A stretch of 63,580 nt of DNA, the filler included. It is 6 parts of 6 records of this genome, joined end to end, with 100 filler letters (N's around TTAATTAATTAA, not from the genome) between each part and the next. Parts side by side here need not be neighbours in the genome. Positions count along the whole stretch, not along the records: positions 15,529 to 39,714 come from SRR2962707_1361; positions 39,815 to 46,300 come from SRR2962707_1363; 4 more parts are not named here. One strand, 5' to 3'. How positions within the stretch are numbered: the stretch's first letter is position 1; the number at the start of each line of letters is the position of its first letter. This document shows, in pieces, positions 30,353-41,163 of this stretch. Both the position numbers and the translations under genes were made by a program. The notes under the pieces are model-generated. The model was given only the letters and a program-made list of their open reading frames with translations. It was not told the origin of the DNA and searched no databases.

Positions 30353-31714
30353 TTAGAATTGGAGATCGGGGGGAATCAGCGGAAACAAGCTCGTATTGTT
30401 TCGTATTTCGACCCCAACTGACGGACCAAAGGAAAGCGCAGGACAAGCGACAAGCCGTTCTTTGTCAAAAACGGCGGGTAATGACCGGGCAGCGTGGAAA
30501 GGAATTTTCGCATCTGAACGATCAGGGATCTGCGCCCATCCGTCAGCCGCCAATGCACGAGTGGTTAGACCTTTGACCTCAGCCCCGAAAAACCTGACCC
30601 GGTCGTCCCAATACTGCCCTGAAGGCACGGTTGTATCCTTAACTGCATTGAATTCTCGAAACAGTCGAAGATGGTCACGTTCTGCCCGCAACTCACAGCC
30701 ATGAAGGGTCCCGCCCCCACCGCTGAGGGCGCGATCCAACAGTCCTTCGAGCGCGGAGAGCCTTGGTCGGTAGGGGTTTTGGGAAATCCGTTGCAAGGCC
30801 GCTGCCAATATTCGCAGTTGCGTGTCTTCTTCCACAGCAGCGAAACCATCACGGTTCAATAAAACTTGCCCAGCCCGCGCATCAAATGCACCTGTTTTCG
30901 CAAATACGTCAGCGGCCCTGGCCTGCAGCGCCTTGCCCGCTCGGGCCAAACGGTGGGCTGTCGGAGCGAGGGTATCGACGCCTAGACCTTCGTTATCAAG
31001 CGTGACCAGTAATTGGCGCATCTTGACCCGATCATAATCACGATTGTCATTGCTCGGGTCATCGACCCATGGACTTTGGAACGTGCGGAGGTAGTGACGC
31101 AATTCTTCGCGCCCAGCCGAAAGCAACGGGCGTATCACGTGAAAGCCGCGCGAAAATGCAGGCACCCCGGCCACGCGACGCGTAGGCAAGGGTGGGGATG
31201 CTGTAGCCAGATAGTCGTCTTTGCTTAGACCCGGTTTACCGCCCAAATGGGGCGTCACATAGTGGTCGGCCTCCATCGCAGACAGGCCTTCCACGCCTGA
31301 CCCACGCTTAAGACGCATAAGGAATGTCTCGGCGACATCATCCGCCGTATGAGCCATAAGCACATGTTCCAAGCCTTCGCGCCAACGGTCGATCAAAGAC
31401 AACCTGGCCTGTCGCGCGGCATCCATAACATTGCCCTGGCCATCCCAGCGCCACCGAAGCGTCGCGTGGGGCCAGCCAAGCATTAAACATTCTTTGGCGA
31501 CCATTTCTGCTTCATCGGCGCTTTCGGGACGCAGACCATGATCAATGGTCACGACCCAGAGCTTCACCCCAAATTCACGCGTCCAATTGTGGGCAAGATA
31601 GAGCATCGCCATGCTGTCACCGCCGCCAGACACCGCCAAAGCAATATCTGTTGGGAAATTAGGGCCAAGCAATTGGCCCATCGTGTCGGCAAACCGCGAT
31701 TGAAGAGAGGTCAC
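30353..31714 (-). CDS. tilS: tRNA(Ile)-lysidine synthetase
   Basis: AVSGGGDS, DHGLR, HTADDVAETFLMRL, IRPLL, DPSN. Confidence 0.95.
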   Translation of the reverse strand: MTSLQSRFADTMGQLLGPNFPTDIALAVSGGGDSMAMLYLAHNWTREFGVKLWVVTIDHGLRPESADEAEMVAKECLMLGWPHATLRWRWDGQGNVMDAARQARLSLIDRWREGLEHVLMAHTADDVAETFLMRLKRGSGVEGLSAMEADHYVTPHLGGKPGLSKDDYLATASPPLPTRRVAGVPAFSRGFHVIRPLLSAGREELRHYLRTFQSPWVDDPSNDNRDYDRVKMRQLLVTLDNEGLGVDTLAPTAHRLARAGKALQARAADVFAKTGAFDARAGQVLLNRDGFAAVEEDTQLRILAAALQRISQNPYRPRLSALEGLLDRALSGGGGTLHGCELRAERDHLRLFREFNAVKDTTVPSGQYWDDRVRFFGAEVKGLTTRALAADGWAQIPDRSDAKIPFHAARSLPAVFDKERLVACPALSFGPSVGVEIRNNTSLFPLIPPDLQF

Positions 31715-32520
31715 AGACAGCTCAGAGCCCGCATCGCCTTTTCGGCGTCAGCGACAGCGCTGGCACCAGGGTAACGCCCCCCTACTTCACCCAAAGTCAC
31801 ACATGCTTCGGCCACTTTGCCCAAAGCGCCCAATGAAACGCCAAGTTTCATCAAGGCTTGCGGGGCGATGTCATCCGTTGGGTAACCGGAATAGGCGTTC
31901 AAATAGGCCCGCGCGGCTTCGCGAATGTCGCCCATCCCCTCCAATGCAGCGCCCTGCCCCATAAGGACTTCGGGCTCTAGCGGAGAACCCGGGTAGGTCT
32001 GGCGAAAGGCCGCAAACTGGTTCGCGGCGCTGCGAAAGTCACCTTTGGCGAGCGCCTCCTGCGCCCGCCGAAAGTCTGTGTCTTCACCAACGGCTAACTG
32101 AGCACCACTGTTTTGCGTCGGTGTCCTATCTGGCACATTGGGCACGTCGCCACTGCCGAGCGTAGACGTGCGGCCCAAATTGCCGATGTCGCACCCCGGC
32201 TCAACTTCGCAAACCCGGAATTCCAGGTCCCCCAACCGATTGGTGCCATCTTTGACAACTTGACGGATCTGAAATTCTAACTGCTCTGTTTTCCCGGTCA
32301 AACGCTGCAATTCACTTTCAATCGCGACAACGCGGTCGTAGGCATTGCCCCCAATCGTAGAAACAGAGTTCGACGACGGTTCCAATTCGGCTTTCAATCC
32401 AGAAACTTCGGCCATCAACGCCGCAATATCCCGACGGATATCCGCCATCGTTTCGGCCTTGGCCGCCCCCAAAGGGGAAACGGCCATCAAACCTGCAACA
32501 AGACCCGTCACCAAGCGCAT
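31711..32520 (-). CDS. cpoB: Tol-pal system protein YbgF/CpoB
   Basis: Signal peptide, coiled coil and C-terminal TPRs (YPGSPL...KLGVSL...EACVTL); downstream of pal. Confidence 0.9.
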   Translation of the reverse strand: MRLVTGLVAGLMAVSPLGAAKAETMADIRRDIAALMAEVSGLKAELEPSSNSVSTIGGNAYDRVVAIESELQRLTGKTEQLEFQIRQVVKDGTNRLGDLEFRVCEVEPGCDIGNLGRTSTLGSGDVPNVPDRTPTQNSGAQLAVGEDTDFRRAQEALAKGDFRSAANQFAAFRQTYPGSPLEPEVLMGQGAALEGMGDIREAARAYLNAYSGYPTDDIAPQALMKLGVSLGALGKVAEACVTLGEVGGRYPGASAVADAEKAMRALSCL

Positions 32521-32536
32521 CAATGTCTCCTTTTCG

Positions 32537-33043
32537 TCAGCTGTTTAAGCTGGTCGAAATGATGGTAACCGCCCGACGGTTTTTGGAATAGCAAGATTCT
32601 TCCGAGCACACTTCGGCGGGGCGTTCTTTGCCATAGCTTAAGAACTTTAGGCGACTTTGGGAAACGCCTTTTGACACAAGATACTCCATAACGGCATTTG
32701 CACGGCGCGCACCAAGGGCAAGGTTGTATTCCCGCGTGCCCTGTTCGTCGGCGTGACCTTCAATGACTGCCAGATAGTCGGAATTCGTCATGAGCCAATT
32801 TGCCTGAGCATCAAGCGTTGCCCGCGCTTCAGCGGTCAGAGACGACTGATCCACAACGAAGAGAACCCGATCTCCAACAGCTTCTTGGAAATACTCAGCA
32901 GACGCCGGATCAGAAACAACACCCGCATTCGGGTCAAACGGTTCATCAAACACGTCCGTTTCATTGTCAAAACGGTTGGTATTTGCGCAAGCCGATAAGG
33001 CCAGAGCGGCCCCGAGTATTACGATCTTCGAAATATGGTTCAT
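32537..33043 (-). CDS. pal: Peptidoglycan-associated lipoprotein
   Basis: Lipobox LSAC, IEGHADEQGTREYNLALGARRA, SYGKERP, NRRA. Confidence 0.97.
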   Translation of the reverse strand: MNHISKIVILGAALALSACANTNRFDNETDVFDEPFDPNAGVVSDPASAEYFQEAVGDRVLFVVDQSSLTAEARATLDAQANWLMTNSDYLAVIEGHADEQGTREYNLALGARRANAVMEYLVSKGVSQSRLKFLSYGKERPAEVCSEESCYSKNRRAVTIISTSLNS

Positions 33044-33120
33044 GGTCTGTCCTGCTCATTTGCTCGTGTTATTATGCATTTACACTAAAGACCCACCCAA
33101 TTTTCCGGGTGGCCCATGGT

Positions 33121-34443
33121 TTACTGCAAGGGGCCCCAGGACGGATCCGAAGCGCCGCCTTGTGTACGTACCCGTTTTAGGTTTCGGCCCGAAATATCTA
33201 CAGAGTATAACGCGGCTTGCCCGCTGGCCCCCTGTGTCTCACGCGTGAACATGATGACGCGCCCATTGGGCGACCATGTTGGCCCTTCGTCAAGAAAAGA
33301 TGCTGTGAGGAGGCGTTCTTCACTGCCATCGGTCCGCATCACGCCAATATGGAAACGGCCTTTGTTTTGTTTGGTGAAAGCAATCAGATCTCCACGTGGG
33401 GACCAGACCGGCGTGCCATAGCGACCTTGACCAAAACTGATCCGCTGCGCCTCGCCGCCATTTGCGGGCATGATATACAGCTGCTGAGTCCCCGAACGGT
33501 CGCTTTCAAAGACGATCTGACTGCCATCCGGGGAAAAGCTGGGCGCGGTTTCAATCGCCGGAGAATTCGTCAAACGGCGCTCGGCACCTGAGTTCACATC
33601 CATGGCAAAGATATCGGTGTTCGATCCTTGAGAGACAGAATACACCACCGTTTGACCATTAGGCGAAAAGCGTGGCGCAAAGCTCATCGTGCCATCTTTT
33701 GATTGCAAAACGCGGCTTTGGACGTTGCCGATTGTCAGCACATAGATGCGTGGAAATCCTGTCGCATAGCTTGTGTAAAGTACCCGGTCACCCGACGGTG
33801 AAAAGCGCGGGGCCAGTACGATGGATCTTGAATCCGTCAGGAATTGAAGGTTTGCCCCATCGTAATCCATGATGCCCAAGCGCTTTTTACGGTCATCCTT
33901 GGGACCCGTCTCAGAAACGAACACCACACGGCTGTCAAAATACCCGCCTTCACCGGTGATCCGGCTGTACACCTCATCCGCAACTTTATGAGCCATTCGG
34001 CGTGAGCCGTCAGTTGTCCCAACAAATTGCAAACCCTTGCCAAGCTCTGCACCGGAAAAAACGTCATAGACGCGGAATTTAACCGTCAGTTTGGATCCGT
34101 TGACAGACACTGCGCCGGTGATCAAAGCCTGTGCATTGATGGCCTTCCAGTCGGCAAACTGAATGGGGCTGCCAAAACTTGTTATCTGGCTGATGTGCGC
34201 CTCGGGTGATATTTCGCGGAACAGGCCCGTGCCCGTCAAATCGTCGGCAATCACACGAGCCAGACTGGCTGCGTATTCACTGGCTTGTGCGTTCTCAGCA
34301 ACGAAATTCGGCACCGCATAGGGTAAGGGCTCAACAACCCCCTGCGTAATTTCAATCCGCAAGGGACCATTTTGCGCCGCTGCGGGAAAGGCAATCGAAA
34401 GCGTCGCCAATAGGGCGATTAATGTGGTCAGTATTTTCATCAT
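33121..34443 (-). CDS. tolB: Tol-Pal beta-propeller protein TolB
   Basis: Signal peptide, ITGEGGYFD, repeated PxFSP/WSP blades. Confidence 0.97.
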   Translation of the reverse strand: MMKILTTLIALLATLSIAFPAAAQNGPLRIEITQGVVEPLPYAVPNFVAENAQASEYAASLARVIADDLTGTGLFREISPEAHISQITSFGSPIQFADWKAINAQALITGAVSVNGSKLTVKFRVYDVFSGAELGKGLQFVGTTDGSRRMAHKVADEVYSRITGEGGYFDSRVVFVSETGPKDDRKKRLGIMDYDGANLQFLTDSRSIVLAPRFSPSGDRVLYTSYATGFPRIYVLTIGNVQSRVLQSKDGTMSFAPRFSPNGQTVVYSVSQGSNTDIFAMDVNSGAERRLTNSPAIETAPSFSPDGSQIVFESDRSGTQQLYIMPANGGEAQRISFGQGRYGTPVWSPRGDLIAFTKQNKGRFHIGVMRTDGSEERLLTASFLDEGPTWSPNGRVIMFTRETQGASGQAALYSVDISGRNLKRVRTQGGASDPSWGPLQ

Positions 34444-35537
34444 CTCAATCTCATCATCTCTGGATTGAAGGTCATTTCAATATCCTTCCACTGGTCATAT
34501 TTCTCGGTCGGCAAATCATAGCCGTCTTCCTGACACCGCAAAATTGCGCGTCGTGCAGAGTTGAACGCGGAATCCACCACGCCGCCCGTTCCGCCGGATG
34601 ACGAAACCAGCTTGATGGAATTGCTTTTGACCCGGCCGTCGCGATCCAGCGACATGGCGACAGTTACTGTCACGTTTGCCGCTTGACTGCCAACGTCAAC
34701 AACCCAGCAAGCTTGCACAGACAATCGCAAACCATCGACTTCTCCGGCACTTAGTGGCGGACCAATCGGGACATCCGGTTCCGGTGTCGTCGTGCCGCCA
34801 GCAAGGGCCTGTGCCAAGGCATCCGCAACCGCATCTGAACGGCTTGGTTTGTCAGGTTCCGCTGAAGGACGACTGGGCCGTGCCTGCGGACGTAGTGACG
34901 ACGTCAAAGGGCTGTTCGCCGGTTCGTCTTCGGCCTCTGTCACAATCTCGGTCGCCGCCTCTTCTGGGGCGGTAGTCTCTTTTTCCGGCTCGACCTCGGC
35001 AGCGGTTTGATCCGGCTCTGGTGTGACGGCGGTGTGGGTTTCCTGGGCGACGTTCGCGTCAGGTTCCGGGGCTTCTACAGGGACCGTCGCCACACGTGGC
35101 GCAGGCCGAGGTACGGGCCGAATACCCCGCGGCAGTTTTGCGACCGACGGGAGAACAGGCGCGGGCTCAACTGTTGGCAAAGGCTCAGGCAGTGGCGGCG
35201 CAGGCGGTGTCACATCTGGCACAGGTGCGGTATCAGAATTTGGTACTGGCGCCGGTTCGGGCTCCGGGATCGGATCAACGGTTGGCTCTGGTTCAGGTTG
35301 CGTCGGCGCTTCGGGAACTTCTGGTGTAATTGGCTCTGGAACCGCCGGTGCCTCGACATCCACGGTGCTTTCAGGTGGCTGCGCCCGATCGACCAAAGCG
35401 GCAAAGTCCTCGGATGTCACCACCGACACGTTCGTCACCTCAAAGGGCAAAGGTTCGGTTGCGAACCCAGTTCCGAACAGCAGCCAGCCAATAAGCCCGA
35501 TGTGGCCTGCTCCAGAGATATAATGGCCAATATGCAC
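34440..35537 (-). CDS. tolA: TolA-like energy transducer
   Basis: N-terminal TM with SxxxH, Pro/Glu-rich linker, C-terminal CW...ARRAILRC...W...F domain; between tolR and tolB. GTG start. Confidence 0.85.
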   Translation of the reverse strand: MHIGHYISGAGHIGLIGWLLFGTGFATEPLPFEVTNVSVVTSEDFAALVDRAQPPESTVDVEAPAVPEPITPEVPEAPTQPEPEPTVDPIPEPEPAPVPNSDTAPVPDVTPPAPPLPEPLPTVEPAPVLPSVAKLPRGIRPVPRPAPRVATVPVEAPEPDANVAQETHTAVTPEPDQTAAEVEPEKETTAPEEAATEIVTEAEDEPANSPLTSSLRPQARPSRPSAEPDKPSRSDAVADALAQALAGGTTTPEPDVPIGPPLSAGEVDGLRLSVQACWVVDVGSQAANVTVTVAMSLDRDGRVKSNSIKLVSSSGGTGGVVDSAFNSARRAILRCQEDGYDLPTEKYDQWKDIEMTFNPEMMRLR

Positions 35538-35545
35538 AGCGGGCC

Positions 35546-36016
35546 TCAGCCATCCGATCCGTCAAGCTTCGGACCACCCATGTCGGTCACTAGCCCAATG
35601 GAAGCAAAGCCGCCAGCGCTAAGCGCGCCCATAATCTGGGCAACGGTTTCATAAGGAACAGAGCCGTCAGCTCTTAAGAAAATTCGATCATCTGAGCGTT
35701 CCGTCGCAATCGCGCGCAACCGGTTGACCAGATCTGCCCGTTCAATCTCGGTTGTTTGGATCATCACGACGCCTTCGGCCGTGATCGTCACCGTCAACGG
35801 CTCTTCTTCAACAGACGGCAATTGCGTTGCCGACGTTTTCGGCAGCTCAACCGGGACGCCGACCGTCATCAAAGGGGCCGCCACCATAAAAATGATGAGC
35901 AAGACCAACATAACATCAACAAAAGGCGTTACGTTGATTTCAGCCATCGGCTGAAAGCCACCCCGGCGACTGCGCCGCCGATTGGTGCCATTTTTGCGAG
36001 AGACAGACGCGCCCAT
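35546..36016 (-). CDS. tolR: TolR
   Basis: EINVTPFVDVMLVLLIIFMVAAP. Confidence 0.95.
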   Translation of the reverse strand: MGASVSRKNGTNRRRSRRGGFQPMAEINVTPFVDVMLVLLIIFMVAAPLMTVGVPVELPKTSATQLPSVEEEPLTVTITAEGVVMIQTTEIERADLVNRLRAIATERSDDRIFLRADGSVPYETVAQIMGALSAGGFASIGLVTDMGGPKLDGSDG

Positions 36017-36019
36017 GGC

Positions 36020-36715
36020 TCAGCTGTCCAACTGACGGCTGAGAATGGTCGAGAATTCATCAGCAAAAGATTCATACCCGGCGATCAAACGATCATTATC
36101 AGCGCTGAGCTTATTGTAAAAAACCACCGCGGGGATCGCTGCCAATAGCCCCAACCCTGTCGCCAGCAATGCCTCTGCAATACCGGGCGCAACAACCGCA
36201 AGGTTGGTGTTTTGGGCTTCGGCAATTTGGATAAAGGCATGCATGATGCCCCAAACTGTCCCGAACAAGCCGACAAACGGAGCCGTTGACCCCACGGTCG
36301 CCAAGACGGGCAAACCTTTTTGCAAAGCTTCCGCCTCTTTCGCGATAGCAACGTCCATCGAGCGATCAATACGGGCATGTGCGCCCGCAATCAGCCCGCC
36401 ATCGTCGCGATGCGACCGACGCCATTCCATCATACCTGCGCTGAATATGCGCTTAGACCGCCCATCAGGTTCCGGGCCCAACTGGTCAAACAGCTCGTCC
36501 AGCGGTTCACCGGACCAGAAGGCCCGATCAAAGGACGAGGATTCTCCTCGCGCCTTACGGTAGACGATAAGCTTTTGAACGATAATTGACCACGACCAGA
36601 AAGACGCGATGATCAATACCACCATCACCAACTTAACCGTCAGGGTCGCTCGCGCGAATAGGCCCCACATAGAGAAATCAATCTCTTGCGCCAGGGCAAG
36701 GGTTTCTGCTTCCAT
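36020..36715 (-). CDS. tolQ: TolQ
   Basis: APFVGLFGTVWGIM, VVAPGIAEALLAT. Confidence 0.96.
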   Translation of the reverse strand: MEAETLALAQEIDFSMWGLFARATLTVKLVMVVLIIASFWSWSIIVQKLIVYRKARGESSSFDRAFWSGEPLDELFDQLGPEPDGRSKRIFSAGMMEWRRSHRDDGGLIAGAHARIDRSMDVAIAKEAEALQKGLPVLATVGSTAPFVGLFGTVWGIMHAFIQIAEAQNTNLAVVAPGIAEALLATGLGLLAAIPAVVFYNKLSADNDRLIAGYESFADEFSTILSRQLDS

Positions 36716-36818
36716 TAGCCTGCTCTTTGCGTGTTGACCTCGTTTACGAGGCTCTGATTAAGGATGATTCTAACGCAATTGCAGGGGAAACGCCAACACA
36801 TTGGCGTCAGTTCTAGGT

Positions 36819-37208
36819 TTAGTGAAGCAAAAGGCGAATATTTGCCGGTAAACGCGCCGGATGGCCCGTTTCATTGACACAAACCACTGTCACTTCAGCT
36901 TGAAACAACAGCTCTTCGCCGCGTTTCACCTCTTGTGACAGGACAAGTCGCGCCCCTGTCACGGCCCGTGTCGCTGTGAGAACCACCAATTCATCGTCGA
37001 AATGCGCGGAAGACAGGTAATCCGCTTCAACACGGCGTACAGCGAAAACCAACCCTTCTTCCTCACGCATCGTGCGCTGATCAATACCCAGCTCTCTGAC
37101 CCAGTCAGAGCGGGCGCGCTCAATATACTTCAAATAATTGGCGTAATAGACGATGCCCGCCATATCTGTGTCTTCGTAATATACCCGAATGGGGAATGTA
37201 TGAGCCAT
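36819..37208 (-). CDS. ybgC: Tol-pal-associated acyl-CoA thioesterase
   Basis: RVYYEDTDMAGIVYYANYLKYIERAR; ATG 37208. Confidence 0.93.
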   Translation of the reverse strand: MAHTFPIRVYYEDTDMAGIVYYANYLKYIERARSDWVRELGIDQRTMREEEGLVFAVRRVEADYLSSAHFDDELVVLTATRAVTGARLVLSQEVKRGEELLFQAEVTVVCVNETGHPARLPANIRLLLH

Positions 37209-37425
37209 GGAAACCTCGGATCGATTGCCCACTTTGGGTAAGTCGCCTGAGCCGCAAGGGCAAGACGATTGCTGAATTGATCGCGACCTGTGCTGCCAAA
37301 TGCCCTAAACCCAAGGAGTCCGTTCAACTGTGCATAATACAGGGGTCGCAAATGGGTGGCCCCTAAACACTCAGGCAGCAGACTCTGTTTTGACCATCGG
37401 ACTTGTATTGATTACGGTTGGTTCT

Positions 37426-37836
37426 ATGAAAAAACCTATTACGCCCTTTCAAGACGCCAAAGTCGAAAAAGCCTTCAACGCCTATCCGGATGCCACCCGC
37501 CAAGGCCTGCTCACGCTTCGAGAATTGGTTTTTGAAACCGCCGCCAAAACCGAAGGCGTTGGTGCGCTTGAAGAGACGTTGAAATGGGGGCAACCGGCCT
37601 ATTTGACCCTAGAAAGCAAAAGTGGCTCCACCCTTCGACTTGGGCTGTCTAAACGGGGTGACTTTGCAATCTTTACCCATTGCCAAACGACCATCATGTC
37701 AGATCTCCAAAGCCTCTTCCCAGATGATTTCAGATATGAAGGCAATCGCGCGGTTCACTTTGATAATGGCGTTCCCCTGCCCATGGCGCAAATCGAACAT
37801 CTCATTGTTCGTGCGCTGACTTATCACCTTAAGTGA
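37426..37836 (+). CDS. DUF1801 (YdhG-like) protein
   Basis: LTLRELVF...ETLKWGQPAY...SGSTLRL...HCQT...EGNRA...ALTYH. Confidence 0.8.
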   Translation: MKKPITPFQDAKVEKAFNAYPDATRQGLLTLRELVFETAAKTEGVGALEETLKWGQPAYLTLESKSGSTLRLGLSKRGDFAIFTHCQTTIMSDLQSLFPDDFRYEGNRAVHFDNGVPLPMAQIEHLIVRALTYHLK

Positions 37837-37876
37837 AAAGATTACCTCCGTTGCGAAACCGGTCTGACAAGGTCCA

Positions 37877-38509
37877 TCAGGCTCTTGAGGCAGCGGTCAC
37901 CCGAGCAAACAAGCGCAATGCATGACTGGGGTCTTTATCAGCGACCGGCATTACAGGATCATAAGCCGCGCGGATCACATCTGCGATTTCGGGATGCAAG
38001 ATCACCCGCCCATCTTCCAACTGCCCCAACGGAGAGCGATCGGCAAACGCCGTATCCGACCAAAGCAACATAGATTGCGCGACCTGGCTGAGCGCAAGCG
38101 TCTCTGCGGGGACATCGGCCAGAGGTGAATTCATCCGCAGAAAAATAAAACAAGCTTTGATGGCGTCCCGCTCGTCAAAGCGAAACACTCTGTATTGACT
38201 GGCATCGGCCTTTTTGAGGCGCGCGACCAAAGGATCAAGGTCATCAATCAATCGTCCCAGATCCGGAACGTCCAGCAGTTCGTCCCATTCACTGAAGAAA
38301 AACACCATGACGTTCGACCCGAACTCAGGGTCCATTTCTTCCATCTGATGCCCCGCCATGGAGACAACGGCCTCAAACGCGCCTTTGACAACGGAAAGGG
38401 TTTCTTCCTGAACGCCGAACACGATTGGAGCAATGGGTCGGCCCCAACGGGCGAAAACATAGCTTTGATCAGATCGTGTGAACAGGGCTTGGATATCGTC
38501 AGGTGTCAT
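37877..38509 (-). CDS. Conserved hypothetical protein
   Basis: 210-aa ORF, FARWGRPIAPIVFG...RAAYDPVMP; RBS upstream of ATG 38509; no recognised function. Confidence 0.75.
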   Translation of the reverse strand: MTPDDIQALFTRSDQSYVFARWGRPIAPIVFGVQEETLSVVKGAFEAVVSMAGHQMEEMDPEFGSNVMVFFFSEWDELLDVPDLGRLIDDLDPLVARLKKADASQYRVFRFDERDAIKACFIFLRMNSPLADVPAETLALSQVAQSMLLWSDTAFADRSPLGQLEDGRVILHPEIADVIRAAYDPVMPVADKDPSHALRLFARVTAASRA

Positions 38510-38643
38510 GGCCGGTCCTATAGAAATCAGTGTCTGCGAAATGGGCCGCTGGCAACGACCCAAAGCGGCGCATCGAAAAACAGGCGCCTACATCAGACAA
38601 ACGGGGCCAAACTGCAACATCTGATGTCACCGCTCCGCCCAGA

Positions 38644-38991
38644 TCAATAGCCTTTACAGCCACGCTCTGCCGAAGAAGCGAAGGCTTTGTAACGCCGCCA
38701 GAACGCTTCATTGCGCGGGCTGTCGGATTGGCGCACGTCTTGCGCCTTTGCCGGCTCTGCAAAAAGGCTGGTGGCAAACCGTTGCTCTGACGGTGTCAGC
38801 GACATGTTCGCGACGGTCTGAATACACCCACATAGCCTCGCGTTCCGGGCTTTTCTGTTGCTGGCCATACAGGCCTTGGAAATCGGTCCGGTCGAAAATT
38901 TGGTGACATGCCCGACGGATTGAGGCGCGCGCTTACCGCCGCCGCAGCCCGCAACAAGGGCCACCATCACAAGGATTGGAATGAGTTTCAT
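38644..38991 (-). CDS. Small Cys-containing lipoprotein
   Basis: Lipobox VAGC, GPISKAC...LCGCIQ...FWRRYKAF...C. Confidence 0.75.
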   Translation of the reverse strand: MKLIPILVMVALVAGCGGGKRAPQSVGHVTKFSTGPISKACMASNRKARNARLCGCIQTVANMSLTPSEQRFATSLFAEPAKAQDVRQSDSPRNEAFWRRYKAFASSAERGCKGY

Positions 38992-39195
38992 AAAGCCTGC
39001 TCTTTTTGGTGCGCCCTCGTCCCGGTTGATCCGAATTCCAGACGCAAATTATCCCTCTGAGGGCAGCTTGCCTGAGAATAGTCTGAATTTCAATCGGGGA
39101 TGCGCTGGGGTTGCGTGGGGTTTTTGCGTATTTTGGAAGAGAAGATGCGAGGGGGTGGTGCGGAATTAATCGGCGCGGAATTTAGAACGTATGGG

Positions 39196-39556
39196 TTAAA
39201 GAACGCCGAATAGTTTCAAAGCAAGAGTGACCAACGGGGTTAGGACAAGCAAACCTAAGCGCAGCGATTTAACCGAGTTACTGTCAAATATCGCCGCGCC
39301 CCTTTCGGTTATAGATTGATAAAGTAGTTGGATGCGCGCAACGCGCGAGAAAACACGTGTGGCTTCTTCTACCCCCGGGAGCGGCGGTGCTCCCGATGGC
39401 AACGGCAGCATCGCATCGTTGATTAGGCGAGGGATTTCTTGCTTGAAATCCTCTTGCATGGTGCCTTCGCTTAGGTCGGCGAGCGTCGGCAACGCAAACA
39501 TCCCATGGCTGCGTTGCCAGCCAAAGCTTTAACTCTTCAGGAGAAGTAACCGCCAT
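39196..39556 (-). pseudogene. Probable gene relic (frameshifted or internally deleted)
   Basis: Plausible start MAVTSPEELKLWLATQPWDVCVA; a protein-like C-terminal part (DFKQEIPRLIN...LALKLFGVL) continues in another frame. Confidence 0.4.
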
Positions 39557-39660
39557 TTCGCCCCGTATACCGCGTCATATTCAACCCAGACGTTAGTGTC
39601 CCGCCCCGTGAGTCACAAGCCACCTTGACCGGGCTGCAAAACCGCATCATATCGCCTTTT

Positions 39661-39714
39661 ATGACAGAGCTTTCGCACATTCGTAACTTCTCCATCGTCG
39701 CCCATATCGACCAC
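39661..39714 (+). CDS. lepA: Elongation factor 4, first 18 codons (contig end)
   Basis: MTELSHIRNFSIVAHIDH. Confidence 0.9.
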
Positions 39715-39814
39715 NNNNNNNNNNNNNNNNNNNNNNNNNNNNNNNNNNNNNNNNNNNNTTAATTAATTAANNNNNNNNNNNNNNNNNNNNNNNNNNNNNN
39801 NNNNNNNNNNNNNN
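39715..39814. other. Artificial contig spacer
   Basis: N-run with TTAATTAATTAA. Confidence 0.99.
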
Positions 39815-39815
39815 C

Positions 39816-40034
39816 CTGATCCCGTTCAACGAATGGCCCGGCGCACCGTATGAACGGTCATCGGGCAACCGCATCCACGCCTTTGCCGAGATCCTTTATA
39901 ATGCAGGCTATGCCAGCCCGATCCGTACCCCGCGTGGCGAGGATATCATGGCGGCTTGTGGGCAGCTCAAATCCGCGACCGAACGCGCCCGCAAGTCCCG
40001 CGCACAGATCGCGGCCGAGACCGGTCAGGCCTGA
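39816..40034 (+). CDS. rlmN: 23S rRNA/tRNA m2A methyltransferase RlmN, C-terminal fragment
   Basis: Not in the ORF track. Manual translation: [15 protein letters not shown]...[18 protein letters not shown]...*. Confidence 0.92.
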   Translation: MIPFNEWPGAPYERSSGNRIHAFAEILYNAGYASPIRTPRGEDIMAACGQLKSATERARKSRAQIAAETGQA

Positions 40035-40039
40035 GGCGT

Positions 40040-40639
40040 CTAGCTGCGCAGAACCCCGCGCAGCGCCCGCCAGAGGTAGAGCCCTAGCAGCAACAGCAGC
40101 AGCGCGTTGGTGACCGGGTTCAGCCAGTCCGCCACGCGGTCGAAATGCGCACGCAGCAGATAACCCGCCGCCGCCAGCAGCGCGGTCCACAGAAAGCTGC
40201 CCAACGCGGTGCTGAGCAGAAATGGCAACATCGGCATCCCGGTCAGACCGGCCGGAACCGAGATCAGTGTGCGCACCCCCGGCACCATCCGGCCAAAGAA
40301 GACGGCCACCGCCCCGTGCCTGCGGAACCATGCCAAGGAGCGGTCCAGATCCTCGGTCGAGAGGGTCAGCCATTTTCCATAGGCGGCGATGAAGCGGCGC
40401 AGGCGGCTTTCGCGCGCCCAGAGGCCGACCCAATACCACAGGACCGCACCGGCCACCGACCCGAGCGTGCCCATCAGCACGATGGCGGCAAAGCTCATCT
40501 CTCCCTTTGCCGAGAGGTAGCCTGCAAAGGGCATCACCAGTTCGGACGGGATCGGGGGAAAGACGTTTTCAAGGAACATCAGCAGGGCCACGCCCAGACT
40601 GCCCATTGCCGAGAGCCATTTGGTGATGATGTCGAACAT
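40040..40639 (-). CDS. DedA family membrane protein
   Basis: FLENVFPPIPSE, FFGRMVPGVRTLISVPAG. Confidence 0.92.
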   Translation of the reverse strand: MFDIITKWLSAMGSLGVALLMFLENVFPPIPSELVMPFAGYLSAKGEMSFAAIVLMGTLGSVAGAVLWYWVGLWARESRLRRFIAAYGKWLTLSTEDLDRSLAWFRRHGAVAVFFGRMVPGVRTLISVPAGLTGMPMLPFLLSTALGSFLWTALLAAAGYLLRAHFDRVADWLNPVTNALLLLLLGLYLWRALRGVLRS

Positions 40640-40708
40640 TGGCGAACTCTTTTTTGGCTACGGTGGTATGCGACTATTTGGCCGGGTTGGGTGCCCGGGA
40701 GTGTTCGG

Positions 40709-41163
40709 TTACAGAAGCGATGACAGCGCGTCGTTTTCAGCCCGGATGCGCACCCACAGCATTGCGGCATTCAGCAGGGTAAACACCAGCGCCACCCAGA
40801 CAAGGCCCAGCACCATCGGGGCCACTATGATTTCTGCCACGACCAGCGTGTAATTCACGGGGCGCAGGTATTTGAATGGGCCGCGCGTGACCAGCGGTTC
40901 TGGCAGAATGATGATCCGCGTTGTCCAGTGTGCGCCTAGGGTGGTTAGTATTCAGACCCGCAGCGCCTGTAGCACCACGAAGATGGCGAGCCAAGGCCAG
41001 GATGTTGGATTGTCAAAACCCAATATGACAAGGCAAAGAATCCAGGCCGTATGCATGGCCACCATGACCGGATAATGATTTGCGCCAACCTCGTAAGCGC
41101 CCCGGGCGGGCGGTGTAGCGTCCGGCGATGGCAAGTTCGCTAAGCCGCTGGAGGACAATGAAC
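40709..41163 (-). pseudogene. Isoprenylcysteine carboxyl methyltransferase family (SrsB/BpsB-like) pseudogene
   Basis: QRLSELAIA, frameshift near 41105, GAYEVGANHYPVMVAMH, in-frame TGA at 40952-40954 (expected Trp), WTTRII...GPFKYLRPVNY (RHPNY eroded), RIRAEN. Start region lost. Confidence 0.85.
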
